A stretch of 64,000 nt of DNA, from NCBI GenBank assembly GCA_963575745.1, contig CAUYUJ010000001.1, forward strand, positions 1,674,001 to 1,738,000. The letters are read 5' to 3'. This stretch comes from Prorocentrum cordatum (lineage: Eukaryota). Position numbers and translations under genes: made by a program. Under the pieces are notes generated by a model. The model searched no databases. It had not been told where the DNA came from and worked only from the letters and a program-made list of their open reading frames with translations. Below are positions 52,924 through 64,000 of this stretch, one piece after another; the stretch's first letter is position 1; each line of letters opens with the position of its first letter.

Positions 52924-54853
52924 AACGCGCGGGATCGGGGGGGGCACGGCCGAGCACACAGAGTACATAGGAGCACGGCAGAACACACAGGAGCACGGCA
53001 GAACACGCAGGAGCACGGCAGAACACAGAGGCACACGCACACAGGCATTCGCACACGCACACGCACACAGACACATAATCACCCGCACACACAGACACAC
53101 ACAGACACACACACGCACACACGCACACACAGAGAGGCAACAGACGTTCACGCAGATCGCAGGAGCGCGGCAGAGCAGCGCGGCATAACACAGCAGCGCC
53201 GCAGACCACCACGCACGGACACACATGCACATATTCCACGCACTCACGCGCACGCGCAAACGTACGCACGCCACGACATATCTGCGCGGCAGACCAACAA
53301 CATATCATAATTCATTCACCGAGTGGACAAAAGCGACGCTTCCCGTTCTTGTCTGGTCTGATTTGCATGACATAACTTGTATCACGCATATTGTAGTACA
53401 TAGTGCGCACCACGGAACTTGCACCACACAGCTTGTAGCAAATAGGTTGCACATTGCCAGCACGACACATATGCAACTTACACTTTCCCATTCTACATTC
53501 CTTGTCCTCTGAATATTTGAAACTGGTTCCCCTCCGAAGCTGGGCTCATTCGCTCACCTCCGTGTAGCGCGTGTTGTTCGTACGTACGCGCTAATGCACC
53601 ACAGTTTTTGTTGATTCTCTCTCCCTCTCGCTATCTGTCTCTCTCTATCTATACTTACACATTCGCCAGTCAAACAGATGTCTAGATGTACATAATATTG
53701 TGCTTAGCTGTGCACTCCACCTTATCCAACGCCAGCCAGGCGAGTATCGCTTCCCCCCTGACCTCGTGCCAAGGATGCGGTCGGGCACGGTCTGGGGTTG
53801 CCGGCCCAGTGCCCTTCGCCCCGAGAGGTGGGGGCGTGCTATCGTCTCAACGAGGAGCACGGCCACTGCCGTCACGCTGCGGAGGAGCCCCCCCCCTCTC
53901 GAGCTGACAGGGGCGATGCTGTGTCGGTGTCGAAAAAGCGAGTTGCGTGTCGAGTTGGGTGCGAGGCGGAGTGGAGGGATGAGTCTGGGAGGATGGAGGG
54001 TGGAAAAGAGGAGGAGGAGGGGCAACGAGTTAGGCCAGTTCATGTAATGATAGTACAGTGTGCGAGGGTAGGGTCCGATCGAACCGACTCGAAAGCCAGC
54101 CATGTTTTTATGGAGTGTCGGCTAATGGGATATGGACGACAATGAAGGAGAACGAGGACGTAGGAGGAGGGGACGAATGCGTTGGTGTTTGCATGGGGGT
54201 GAGGACGTGCGGGAACGAGGAGCAGGGAGGATATACATCACCCAGGCCAAGGCAGGGCATGCCCCCCCACGCCCCTGGGAACACCGACGCCTCAACTTCT
54301 GGTAGCAGCCCTGCCTCTCATCCCAGGCCTCTTTCGGGGACTCTCCTGCCACGCCCTTCGCTCTCCGGGAAGCCTGCTCGGCGCCACATTGGAATCGGGG
54401 GAGTTTTCGGGATCCTCCGTGGCCCCCGTTCCTTAAGAAGCCGCCTAGTGGCTGGAATGTTCGCAGACACCGAGCAAACCGGAAGCATATTTGGCCACAT
54501 TCATCGAGGAGTCGTCGGCCGTTTCAGGGCTGCCCATGGCGCCCAAGCAATCGTGGGCCCTTCGAGCGGATGGGAGCGTCGACCTACGCCAGCCATTTGT
54601 TCATATGCTGGGGCCAGCATTGACTCCTGGCTTATGGCGCACTTGATTCGAGCCCTTGTTGGCTCTCCTTGCACGATGTGGTATGGTGCTGCTAAGATGG
54701 GCACCTTCTCGCCTTGACACGTTCTTCCCGCTTGCGGTGCCCCATGCCCCCCCTTCGCAAGGAAGGGCCCCGTTGCCTGCCAGCGGGGCACACCTAACTA
54801 GTTATACGACGGTCTGGGTGTGTTCTTATAGCTTCGGAGAGCTCCAACCAATA

Positions 54854-54975
54854 CACCACCACCAGCCCTGGCCAGGCCCATCCTGGGCCCTGGACTGGTG
54901 TACAGGCCATCCTGGCCTAGGCCAGGAGGTCTAGTCCAGGGCCCAGAATGGGCCTGGCCAGGACTGGTGGTGGTG
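54854..54975. mobile_element. ~120-bp MITE with TA flanks and CA..TG ends (Tc1/mariner-like)
   Basis: TA|CACCACCACCAGCCCTGGCCAGGCCCATCCTGGGCCCTGGACT ... AGTCCAGGGCCCAGAATGGGCCTGGCCAGGACTGGTGGTGGTG|TA. Confidence 0.7.
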
Positions 54976-55142
54976 TATTGTTGGCGTCCCTCCGATAGCT
55001 TCTGGTGCCCCAGACCCCACCCCTCGCAAGGACCAGCCTCTTGGCTCGCCGGCGGAACCGCAAGCCGCGGCAGCGCCCCCAGGGCGGCCCCAGGGGCTGC
55101 GACAGCGACAACGAGTCGGGCAGCGAGGCGGCGGGCAGCCAG

Positions 55143-58100
55143 GTCCTTCTCCTTCCTTCGCCTCCACCTCGGCGGCGCCGTCGCCACAATCGTGGTTATC
55201 TCCCCAGCATACCCCGTCTTCTCGTCCATCGAAATCCGCGCGGAGCGCCTCAAGTTTATGTTTGTCCGTTTGTTATTATTCTTCTTCTAGTCCAGGGGCA
55301 GGATGCTGCACTACTCAATATCATAGGTTCAATCGCCCGTCGCTTCAGGCTTGTTTCGCACCCAGGGGGGAGGCGGGGCCCCCCCAGGTCTGGAGCGAGA
55401 CGGAGGTCGCGAGCTTCCTGGAGGCGTCTGCGGAGGATACCCCGTACAGCGATCGGTTCCAGAGGGCGCTCCTGCAGTCCGGTCTCTTGCACGTCAAGCA
55501 CAGGTAATCCGATGGAGAAACGGCCACGCTGTGATAGATACTCCGCTGTGGCCCCGAGTCTTCTGTGCGCATCGCAGCGCGCTGCACTTCGTATACTCGG
55601 CGATTCCTTTAGCAGTGCCCGGTTTGTGCAACATTGTTGTTGCCACGAAGCTTGAAACTCTGTCGAGCGATGGGGATATTTTCGTAGACGAGGTGAGTGC
55701 CCCCTCCACTTCGTAAGTTAGCGAACGAGCGGCGGGAGGTGGGGAAAGTTGGCTCTCAAGCTTAGCAAAGGGGTGTGGCAAGGAGGCTTTCGAAGGTCCC
55801 TCGAAGCTGTTTGAGTTCCAAAGAGGGGCTAACAACATGTACACCCCTCAATCCTTGATCTTCTTCCTCACCCCTGGCCGCAAGACCTTGCCAATACTTT
55901 TCTTTCCCGAGTACGATCGCACTGATGCTTTGACGATCAACTCGTCTGTCCTCGAGCCTCGTGGAATATCGAACGCCCTGCGACCCCTCGGCCTGCTCCC
56001 GTGGCATGGAGAGTGCGACTGAGGCGGTATAGGTGTGTGGCTCGCGGGGTAGCGTTCCTTGACCTCGACAGTTTGCGGCGGGACCGCAGGTGGCAGAGGC
56101 CTTCAGTGCAGGAGCTCTTCCTGGGCTCCACTGTTGCAAAGCTGCTGTTAAGAACGGACGAAAAGAGCAGGCATCTGTTCGGGGGCGTTGTGTATGTACC
56201 CACTGGGCTTGGGAGTGGTTATAATGTCACAGAGGCTCCCTGAATGCGACGCTACGTAATAGCAGCTGCGAGGTGCGCAGGAGACGCCTCGATCTACGTT
56301 CAAGTTCACTCTTGCCAGCAGTGGCCTTCCAGGTCGTCAAGATAGCCTCTCATCACGTTCTTAGGACCCCTCAAGGCCTTTATGATGCCCCGTTCCCAGG
56401 GCCCAGCATGACCACCACGGATGTCCCAAAACTTCTAAAGGCTTCTTTGAGTTTTTTTCCCAGAAGCCTGTTCATTTTGGACTCAAAGGTGCCACTTCAG
56501 AGTGTTCAAGGCCTCCTGGGATTCCCCAGGCACCTCCGAAGCCTTACTATGGACCCAAGGGTGCAAGGTCCTCGCCAGGACATCCCGAAGGAGGAGCGGC
56601 AGAAAGAAGCGGATCAGGAAGAGAAGGGGAAGCATGGGAGGGGAAGGAAGAGGAGGAGGAGGAGGAGAAGGATGAGGAGGACGAGCCCACCCCGTCAGTC
56701 CATCCGATGGTGTTCAAGAGTTTCTTACTTCAGCCAGCGCTCGGCGTGCAGAGTGCGAGCCATGGGGGGGAGCGTCTGGAGGCCACCAGTTTCCCGAGAT
56801 CGCTGGCCTTTCCAGGAGCACTCATCTCCCAAGCCCCGTCGCCTCACGTTGTCGCTTCTTGGCCTTTAGGTGGCGCTCCCCGTGGGCACGATCCGCGTGA
56901 CGGGGTGTGCTGCAATGGGAGGGGGGGGGGGGCGCAGTGCGAACTTTGCCTTTGGGGCCGTAGGTGGAGCTCCATGTGAGCCACGATCCGTGTAAGAGGT
57001 GGGCCTGTCTGTCTCTTCTCCTGCGCGTTGTCGCCTCTGGGCTTTCCGTCTTGTTCCCACTCGTCCGCCTTTCTCTGTCCGCCCGGGGGGGAGCGTCTGG
57101 GGGCCATCAGTTCCCAATATCGTTGGCCTTTTGAGGAGCACTCATCTCCCAAGCCCCGTCGCCTCCTTGTCTCTTCTCCTTCGCGCAGTCGCCCCTGGGC
57201 TTTCCGTCGTGTTCGATTTCGTCCTCCTTTCTTTGTCCTATCTGCCTGTGCTCGTGTATCTGGTGCAGCTTCGGCAGCAAGGGGTAGATACATATTCTGA
57301 CTGTTTTATTCGTTCGGTTGGCCTGGCATTTCCCCTCGAACTCGTCGCCGGCAGCTCGAGGAAATTACCTCGAGCAGACATCTCGCAAGCCCCACGGGGG
57401 GGGCTCGAACTCTGAGAGGTCGCTGCTCGAGCGCTCCGTCCTGAGCATGGTCACGATCTTCGTGCTCCTGCTGTGGCTCTTCCACCTGCGTCGGCCTCTG
57501 CGCGCATCCCCTGCGGCCTGTGTATAGCTCCGGCGCGCTCGACCTCCACCGTGCGGTCGTGCCTCGGCCACCCCGAGACGGTGCACTCGGAGGAGGGCGA
57601 GTCGAGACAGCGGTCATTGGCGTTTCGGTGGGCCCCCTCGTCGCCACGCTTGGACGCAGCGTTCGGTGGGCCCCCTCGTCGCCCTCGGTGGGCCCCCTCG
57701 TCACCCTCGGTGGGCCCCCTCGTTCGGTAATTGGCGTTCGGTGGGCCCCCTCGTCGCCCTCGGTGGGCCACCGGTGCGTGTGGACCCTGGGAGGGCTTTG
57801 TGGGGACCGATTTTGAACCGCCGTTGTCACAACTGGCCCTGCTTCGGGTGGGGCTGCGATCGGGATAGATCGTCCCAGAGCATTCCAGAGCGCTCGCAGA
57901 GCATTCCAGAGAGCTCTGAGATGGCCGCGGCGCTCGAGACATCCTCCAGAACCGCCGGATCGCAGAGATCCCCGATTTGTCCTGGTCGGATTCTGTCGCT
58001 GTCCTGGCTTCGTCTTGCTGCTCCGATAAACGTGGACAGTGGCAGCCACTGGCCAGAGGTGACCACGGGGAGGGCCGGGGGCGCGACCGACGCCTGCCGG

Positions 58101-58822
58101 GGGCCGGGCGGGTGGCAATGGGGAGCGGCTTACATGGGGGGTGAAGCCCATTCACCTCCCAGTTAGGTCACCCCCCGTTGCCAACCCCCCGAGGGTGGGG
58201 GCGGTTGCGATGTTGCGGTCGGGCTCTCATGCGACGGTGCGACGTTGGTGTGCGCTGTGGCGCGTCGCGGGCCCGAGGCGGTGGCTCTCGAAGGCGTCGC
58301 TCTTCCAAGTCTACGCGGGCAGGACGCCCGCCCAGATCTTCTCGGCCTACGGGGCACCCGGGACTTGGCGGCGCTTCGTGTTTCTGGTGCTCGGCCTAGC
58401 CGGGCCCGGTTGCCTATCTTGGGTGGTCACGCTGCATCTTCGGGGGGCATCGCTCGTCCCCCCAGCTGGTGTCTTCTCTTGTGCTCGCCGCGGGCTCAAT
58501 GCGGACTCGACGCGGCTTTGGCGTGGATTCGATGCGGAGCCGACGCAGATTCGACACGGATCCGACGCGTCCGACATGGATTCGACACACATATTCGACG
58601 CGGAGAGGGCCTCGACGGGGCAGCCAAGGTCCCCGAGGATGCAACATAATATTTGGGGGCGGGTGGGCGGTTTCAAAGGAGGAAAGATCTACCGATACTG
58701 CTGCTCGTCCTCGAGAGTCCTCGCCACCACGGCTGGATTCTCTTCAAAGTACCACGGCTGTCAGGACGCACACCAGGAGAGGTCCTTGGAGTACCAGTAT
58801 CGATACTTCTTTGTCCCCACAA
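55143..58822 (+). CDS. Cluster of candidate short host exons (e.g. 55143-~55244 SFSFLRLHLGGAVATIVVISPAYPVFSSIEIRAE; 55388-55503 VWSETEVASFLEASAEDTPYSDRFQRALLQSGLLHVKH; ~57419 SLLERSVLSMVTIFVLLLWLFHL; ~58294 ASLFQVYAGRTPAQIFSAYG; ~58781 SLEYQYRYFFVPT); product unknown, possibly a membrane protein
   Basis: Protein-like peptides, mostly bounded by AG|G acceptors and AG|GT or AG|GC donors. No family recognised; exon structure is not resolved. Confidence 0.4.
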
Positions 58823-60567
58823 GGTTGATGAGTGGAGACACGCTGGCGCTCGAAGGTCCTATTGCGTCGTGTTGCGCGGCCTCTCCAGGAACATGCAGTC
58901 ACCGCTGGCCGCCGTCCTTGGATACCAACCTGTCGCATCTGGCGCATTGTTGGGGCCATCTTGGTGGTGCTGGGGGGCATGTTGGACCGTTTTGGGGGTT
59001 CTTGGGTGCAAGTGTCGGAAATGAGGTGTGCACGTGTATCTTTCTGCGTCGCATGCTTGTTTTCTACAGGGCTGGGAGGGACTGGGAGGGGCTGGATAAT
59101 AGCGCGTTCATGTTCCTGGGAATTGAGCCCTAGACCTTCGCCGCATTAGACCTTCGCTTTAACCACTGAGCCATCGAAGACCCTAGCTCCATTCCAAGTT
59201 TCCCAAAACTCAGCCCGTGGAATCTCCTTGTAGCTGGAGGTCTCGTGCTCAATCCCCAAAGTCTGAACACGGCCTTTGCTCGGAGCCTTTTTAGGTCTTT
59301 GCTTCAACCACTGACCCATAGAGGACCCGTGCGAAATGTCAAGGGCGCACAAATAGAGCCCTCGGCATTCCCAGGCAGTTGCCAACAGGTTAAGTAGCAA
59401 GCTAGCACGGCGCTTTCCGGCGATGAGTTCCAAGGGCGCGAGAATCGAGGCCGCGGAGCTCCTCGGCTATTTCCAAAGGGTCGAATGGCGCGCTCGCTCG
59501 GCACTTTTCCAGCGATGGCCCAACAATCCAGCCCGCGGAATTCCCGGGCAGCTTCCAAAGGGTCGAATGGCGCGCTCGCTCGGCGCCCGCTCGCCGCTTT
59601 CCAGCGACAAGCTCCGAGGGTGAACAACACTGAGCCCGCGGAGCTTCTGGGCAGCTTCCCGAGGGTCGAGTGGCGCGTTCGCTCGGCGCCTCCTCGGCGA
59701 TGAACCCCAACGGTGCGAGAAGCAAGCCCGCGGAAGGTCCGCGCGCTTGTTCGGCGCTTCCCCAGCGATGCAGTCAGAAAGCAGGAAAATCGTGCCTTCG
59801 GAATTTCGGCGCAGCTTCCAAGTAGTCGCGTGGCGCTCGCTTGCGGGAAGTCCTTGGAAGAGACTTAGCAGTGAGGACTGCTACTAGTCTTAGTAGGGAG
59901 CGATGCTGAGAGTCCGGGTAGGGAGTCCTAGCTAGAGACCCATGAGTGGTGCGTGGGGAGGGGCCTCACTTTGAGAGTTTCGGTTAAGTGCTCAGCTATT
60001 GTTTCTAGTAGGGCGTCCTGCTGAAGAGGTCGAGCGGGGAGTGCGATTCAGACTCTTCGTAAGAAGTCGCATTAAGAGTCCTAGTCGGGAATGTATCCCG
60101 GAATGCCAGTCGCGAGTCTTGCTAGGAGTCTCGGTATGGGTCTCGCTAAGAATCCTTGCTCGGAGCCCCACTATAAGGAAGAGGCCCACTAAAAGTACTA
60201 CTATGGAGTTCCACGAAGTCACTAAGAGTCCTAGTGGGGGGTCATACCACGAGAGTATAAGTATGGATTTCGATCAAAAAGGTCCTGACACGGATCCCTG
60301 CGATGGTTCATTGTGGTGGGTCTGGATAGAAGCCGGAAAGGGAAGTCCGACCAGGGAGTCTTGCTGAGAGTCCGATCAGGGAGTCGCGCCAAGATGTCCA
60401 GCAGGGAACTCTACCAAGGGTTCGGGGGGACTTTCGTTCGAGTGTTAGAAGTGCGTCCTAATGAGGGCCCACGTAGGAGGTCAGATGAAGTATCCTCGCG
60501 ATGGAATCTTATGAAAAGTCCTGCGTCCTAGCATGGCGTCCGACCGATTTAAGATATAATTTGGGAG

Positions 60568-60669
60568 TCAACGATAACAACGATAACAACGATCAACGAT
60601 AACAACGATAACAACGATAACAACGATAACAACGATCGTTGTTATCGTTGTGATCGTTGTTATCGTTGA
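60568..60669. repeat. Inverted (AACGATAAC)n microsatellite palindrome
   Basis: (AACGATAAC)n flips at AACGATCGTT (60631-40) to (GTTATCGTT)n. Confidence 0.85.
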
Positions 60670-63084
60670 ACCCCTGTGGGGAGCCCTATGGTCAGGGGAC
60701 TCTTTTGCCTGCGAGTGTTCTGACGGACCGCGAGTGGGAGGAGGAGGAGGAGGAGGAGGAGGAGGAGGAGGAGGAGGAGGAGGAGGAGGAGGAGGAGGAG
60801 GAGGAGGAAGAGGAGGAAGAGGAGGAAGAGGAGGCGGAGGCGGCGTGGCCGGGGCGCGGAGCGCCCCCGCCGCCCTTTCAGACGACAGCCCGCCCTTTTC
60901 CTCGGCAGCACCTGCTGGGGCGACCTTCCCTCGCGGCAACTCGGCGCAGGGGCGGAGGAGGAGGAGGAGGAGGCGGAGGAGGAGGAGAAGGAGGAGGCGG
61001 AGGAGGAGGAGGAGAAGGAGGAGGAGGAGGAGGCGGAGGAGGAGGAGGCGGAGGAGGAGGCGGAGGAGGCGGAGGAGGAGGCGGAGGAGGAGGAGGCGGA
61101 GGAGGAGGCGGAGAAGGCACAGGCGGAGGAGGAGGCAATTCGGCATCGCAGGGGCCCGCGCCGCGGGCGGCTGGAACCGCTGCCCCTTGCAAGAGTTGGG
61201 CGCCGGCGCCCGCCCTTGTCGACGGCGCAACCTGCTGGGGCCGCTTTCCGGTGTGAGAATGCTGCGCTGGGGCCCGCGCCGCGGGCGGCTGGAACCGCTG
61301 GGTGCCCGCTGGAACCCGCCCTTCCTGATGGCATAATCTGGGGCCGCGCCCCGTTGAGGGTCTCCACGTTACGAGAAAAAACGCCTCGCTCTCAAACAGG
61401 TGCAGCGCTTGCGCGCGCGCGAGCGCGAGTCCGAGCCGAAGCCCAACCCCGACCCCAAGCGCGAGTGCGAGCTGGAGACTGAGCCCGAGCCTAAGCCTCA
61501 TCCCGAGCGCACGCGCGCGCGCCCCTCCGGCATGAGAACGCGCGGTCGACGACTTTACGACCAACCATTCGGTTAATCTTTTGCTGGTGAATGTTTCGAC
61601 GGACTGCAGGAGGGTTCGCGGCTGGAGCACGGGTCGCCCTTGCTGCCCTTTCAGCTGACAGCCCGCCATTCTAGTCGGCGCCATCTGCTGGGGCGATCTT
61701 CGCATGTCGAAAGTTGTCTCTGGAACCTTCCCCGCGGGCTGCTGGAACCGCTGCCCCTCCGTGAAGATGGGGGGCGCTGGAACCCCCTTCTTGGCGGCAT
61801 AATTTGCCGGGGCCATTCTCCCTCGCGAGACCTCGGTGCTGGAGTCCGTGCCGTTGGCTGCTGGAACAGCTTCCCCCTGTGAGCTCTGGGCGCTGGCACC
61901 CGCCCGTCTTGACGGCGTCATATGCTGGAATCTGTTTCCCTCGCAAGAATTTGGCGCGGGAGCCGCGCCCTGACTGCCCAGTTAGGTGAATATGTTGCTT
62001 GTGAATGTTTCGACGGGCTGTGAGAGGGTTGGCGGCCGGTGCGCGGATCGCCCTTGCTGCCCTTTCAGCTGACCGCCCGCCCTCGTGTTTGGCATTATCT
62101 GCTGGAACGATCTCCCCATGTCGAAAGCGGGCGCTGGAACCCGCTCCGCGGGCTGCCGGAACCACTGCCCCCCCGTGGAGATCGGGCGCTGGAGCCCGCA
62201 TTTCTTGGCGGCATAGTTTGCTGGGGTTATTTTCTCTCGCGGAACCTCGGCGACGGAGCCCGCGCCGCGGGCTGCTGCTGGAACAACTGCCCCTTGTGAA
62301 CTCCGGGCGCTAGAATCCGCCCGTCTCGACGGCAGAACATGCTTAAACCCGCCTCCCTCGCAAGAATTTGGCGCGGGAGCCGCGCCCTGACTGCCCAGTT
62401 ATGTGAATATGTTGCCGGTGAGTGTTTTGACGGGCTGCAGGAGGATTCGCGGCTGGTCAGCTGACGGCCCGCCCTTCTAGTCGGCGCCAGCTGCTAAGGC
62501 GATGTTCGCGCGTCGAGAGTTGTCTCTTGAACCCGCTCCGCGGGCTGCTGGAACCATTGCCCCCCGCGAAGACGCTGGGCGCTGGAGCCCGCCCTTCTGC
62601 CCCCTGTGAACTCTGGATGCTGGAGTTCGCCCCTTTTGGTGGAATAACCTGCTGGGGTCGCTTTCCCCTGCGAGAATTGGGCGCTGGAGCCGCGCCCCCG
62701 CGCGGGGCTTCAAAGTGCGCGTCAGGTCGCGGGGGGGGGGATGGGGCCAAGGGCGGGCGCCCTGCGCGGGAGTCGCGCCTCGCGCGCGCGCGCGCGCCAG
62801 CACGGGCGCGAGCGCGAGCCCGAACCCGAGCTCGACCCCAACCGCAACCCCGAGCGCGAATTGGAGTCCTGGCCCGAGCCCGAACCTCATCCCGAGCGCG
62901 CGCGCGCGCGCGTTCGCGCGCCCTTCCTGCGTGCTCACGCGCGGTCAAGAAAAATAGCACCAACAATATTCACCTGGCTGTAGCAAGGGTCCTCGCAGGG
63001 AGTCTTGCCGACCCAATGCAGATTTCAACTTGCATGCGCTCGTCTGGAACGCGCGGGCACCTGCGTCCCGAGGAAGTCGCGGGC

Positions 63085-63890
63085 TGCTTGGAACAGGGTC
63101 GAACGGCGCGCTCGCCCCGTGCGCTTCCGGCGAAAAGCTTCCAGGGATCGATCGTTGAGCCCGCGGAGTGTCCCAGCAGCTTCCAAGGGCCTGAGTGGCG
63201 CGCTCGCCCCGTGCGTTCCCGGCGAAAAGCTCCCAGGGATCAATCGTTGAGCCCGCGGAGTGTCCCGGCAGCTTCCAAGGGGGTCGAGTGGCGCGCTCGG
63301 CCCGTGCGTTTCGGGCGAAAAGCTTCCAGGGATCGATCGTTGAGCCCGCGGAGTGTCCTGGCAGCTTCCAAGGGGGTCGAGTGGCGCGCTCGCCCCGTGC
63401 GTTCCCGGCGAAAGGCTCCCAGGGATCAATCGTTGAGCCCGCGGAGTGTCCCAGCAGCTTCCAAGGGGGTCGAGTGGCGCGCTCGGCCCGTGCGTTTCCG
63501 GCGAAAAGCTTCCAGGGATCGATCGTTGAGCCCGCGGAGTGTCCTGGCAGCTTCCAAGGGGGTCGAGTGGCGCGCTCGGCCCGTGCGTTCCCGGCGAAAA
63601 GCTCCCAGGGATCAATCGTTGAGCCCGCGGAGTGCCCCGGCAGCAAGGGGGTCGAGTGGCGCGCTCGGCCCGTGCGTTTCCGGCGAAAAGCTTCCAGGGA
63701 TCGATCGTTGAGCCCGCGGAGTGTCCTGGCAGCTTCCAAGGGGGTCGAGTGGCGCGCTCGCCCCATGCGTTCCCGGCGAAAAGCTCCCAGGGATCGATCG
63801 TTGAGCCCGCGGAGTGTCCCGGCAGCTTCCAAGGGGGTCGAGTGGCGCGCTCGCCCCGTGCAATTCCCCGGCGATGAGTTCCAAGGGCGC
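63085..63890. repeat. 93-bp tandem repeat, about 8-9 copies; degenerate relatives at 59400-59830
   Basis: CTTCCAAGGGGGTCGAGTGGCGCGCTCG starts at 63272, 63365, 63458 and 63551. Confidence 0.92.
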
Positions 63891-64000
63891 GAGACATCCC
63901 CCCGTTTCATTTTCTGCGCATTTCCCAGGGGGTCGAATGGCGCGCTCGCTCGGCGCTTCCCCCAGCCATAAAAAAAGTCCAAGGGCGCGAAAAGCGAGCC

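Larger units (their letters stand above)
47800..53030. repeat. ~20-bp satellite (GAGCACGGCAGAACACACAG) hosting the three SL-retroposons
   Basis: Units are visible at 47800-47895, 49458-49774, 51362-51396 and 52940-53030. Confidence 0.85.

Overview
GC-rich, repeat-dense eukaryotic DNA, most likely dinoflagellate (inferred from one perfect and two relict 22-nt dinoflagellate spliced leaders, a (TTTAGGG)n tract, and short exons with GT/GC donors). No prokaryotic genes, rRNA, tRNA or CRISPR array were seen. Scattered + strand exon candidates (an ankyrin-repeat segment at 14.1-19.0 kb; other exons at 19.8-20.4, 37.4 and 54-59 kb) are separated by nested mobile DNA. That DNA includes a 5'-truncated RLE-type (CRE/R2-like) non-LTR retrotransposon, a decayed APE-RT LINE, a 7.9-kb foldback element with terminal hairpins and an 8-bp TSD, several non-coding satellite-carrying elements with asymmetric inverted repeats, several MITEs, and many micro/minisatellites. 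The most striking system is at 47.9-52.9 kb. Three related ~1.55-kb elements each begin exactly at a spliced leader, carry an ORF with no recognisable RT or endonuclease motif, end in GCCTT(G/T)AAGGCCCC plus a microsatellite tail instead of poly(A), and sit in their own ~15-bp target duplication within the same 20-bp satellite. They look like a family of SL-trans-spliced, protein-coding, non-autonomous retroposons. Most long ORFs in the supplied track are read-throughs of repeats.
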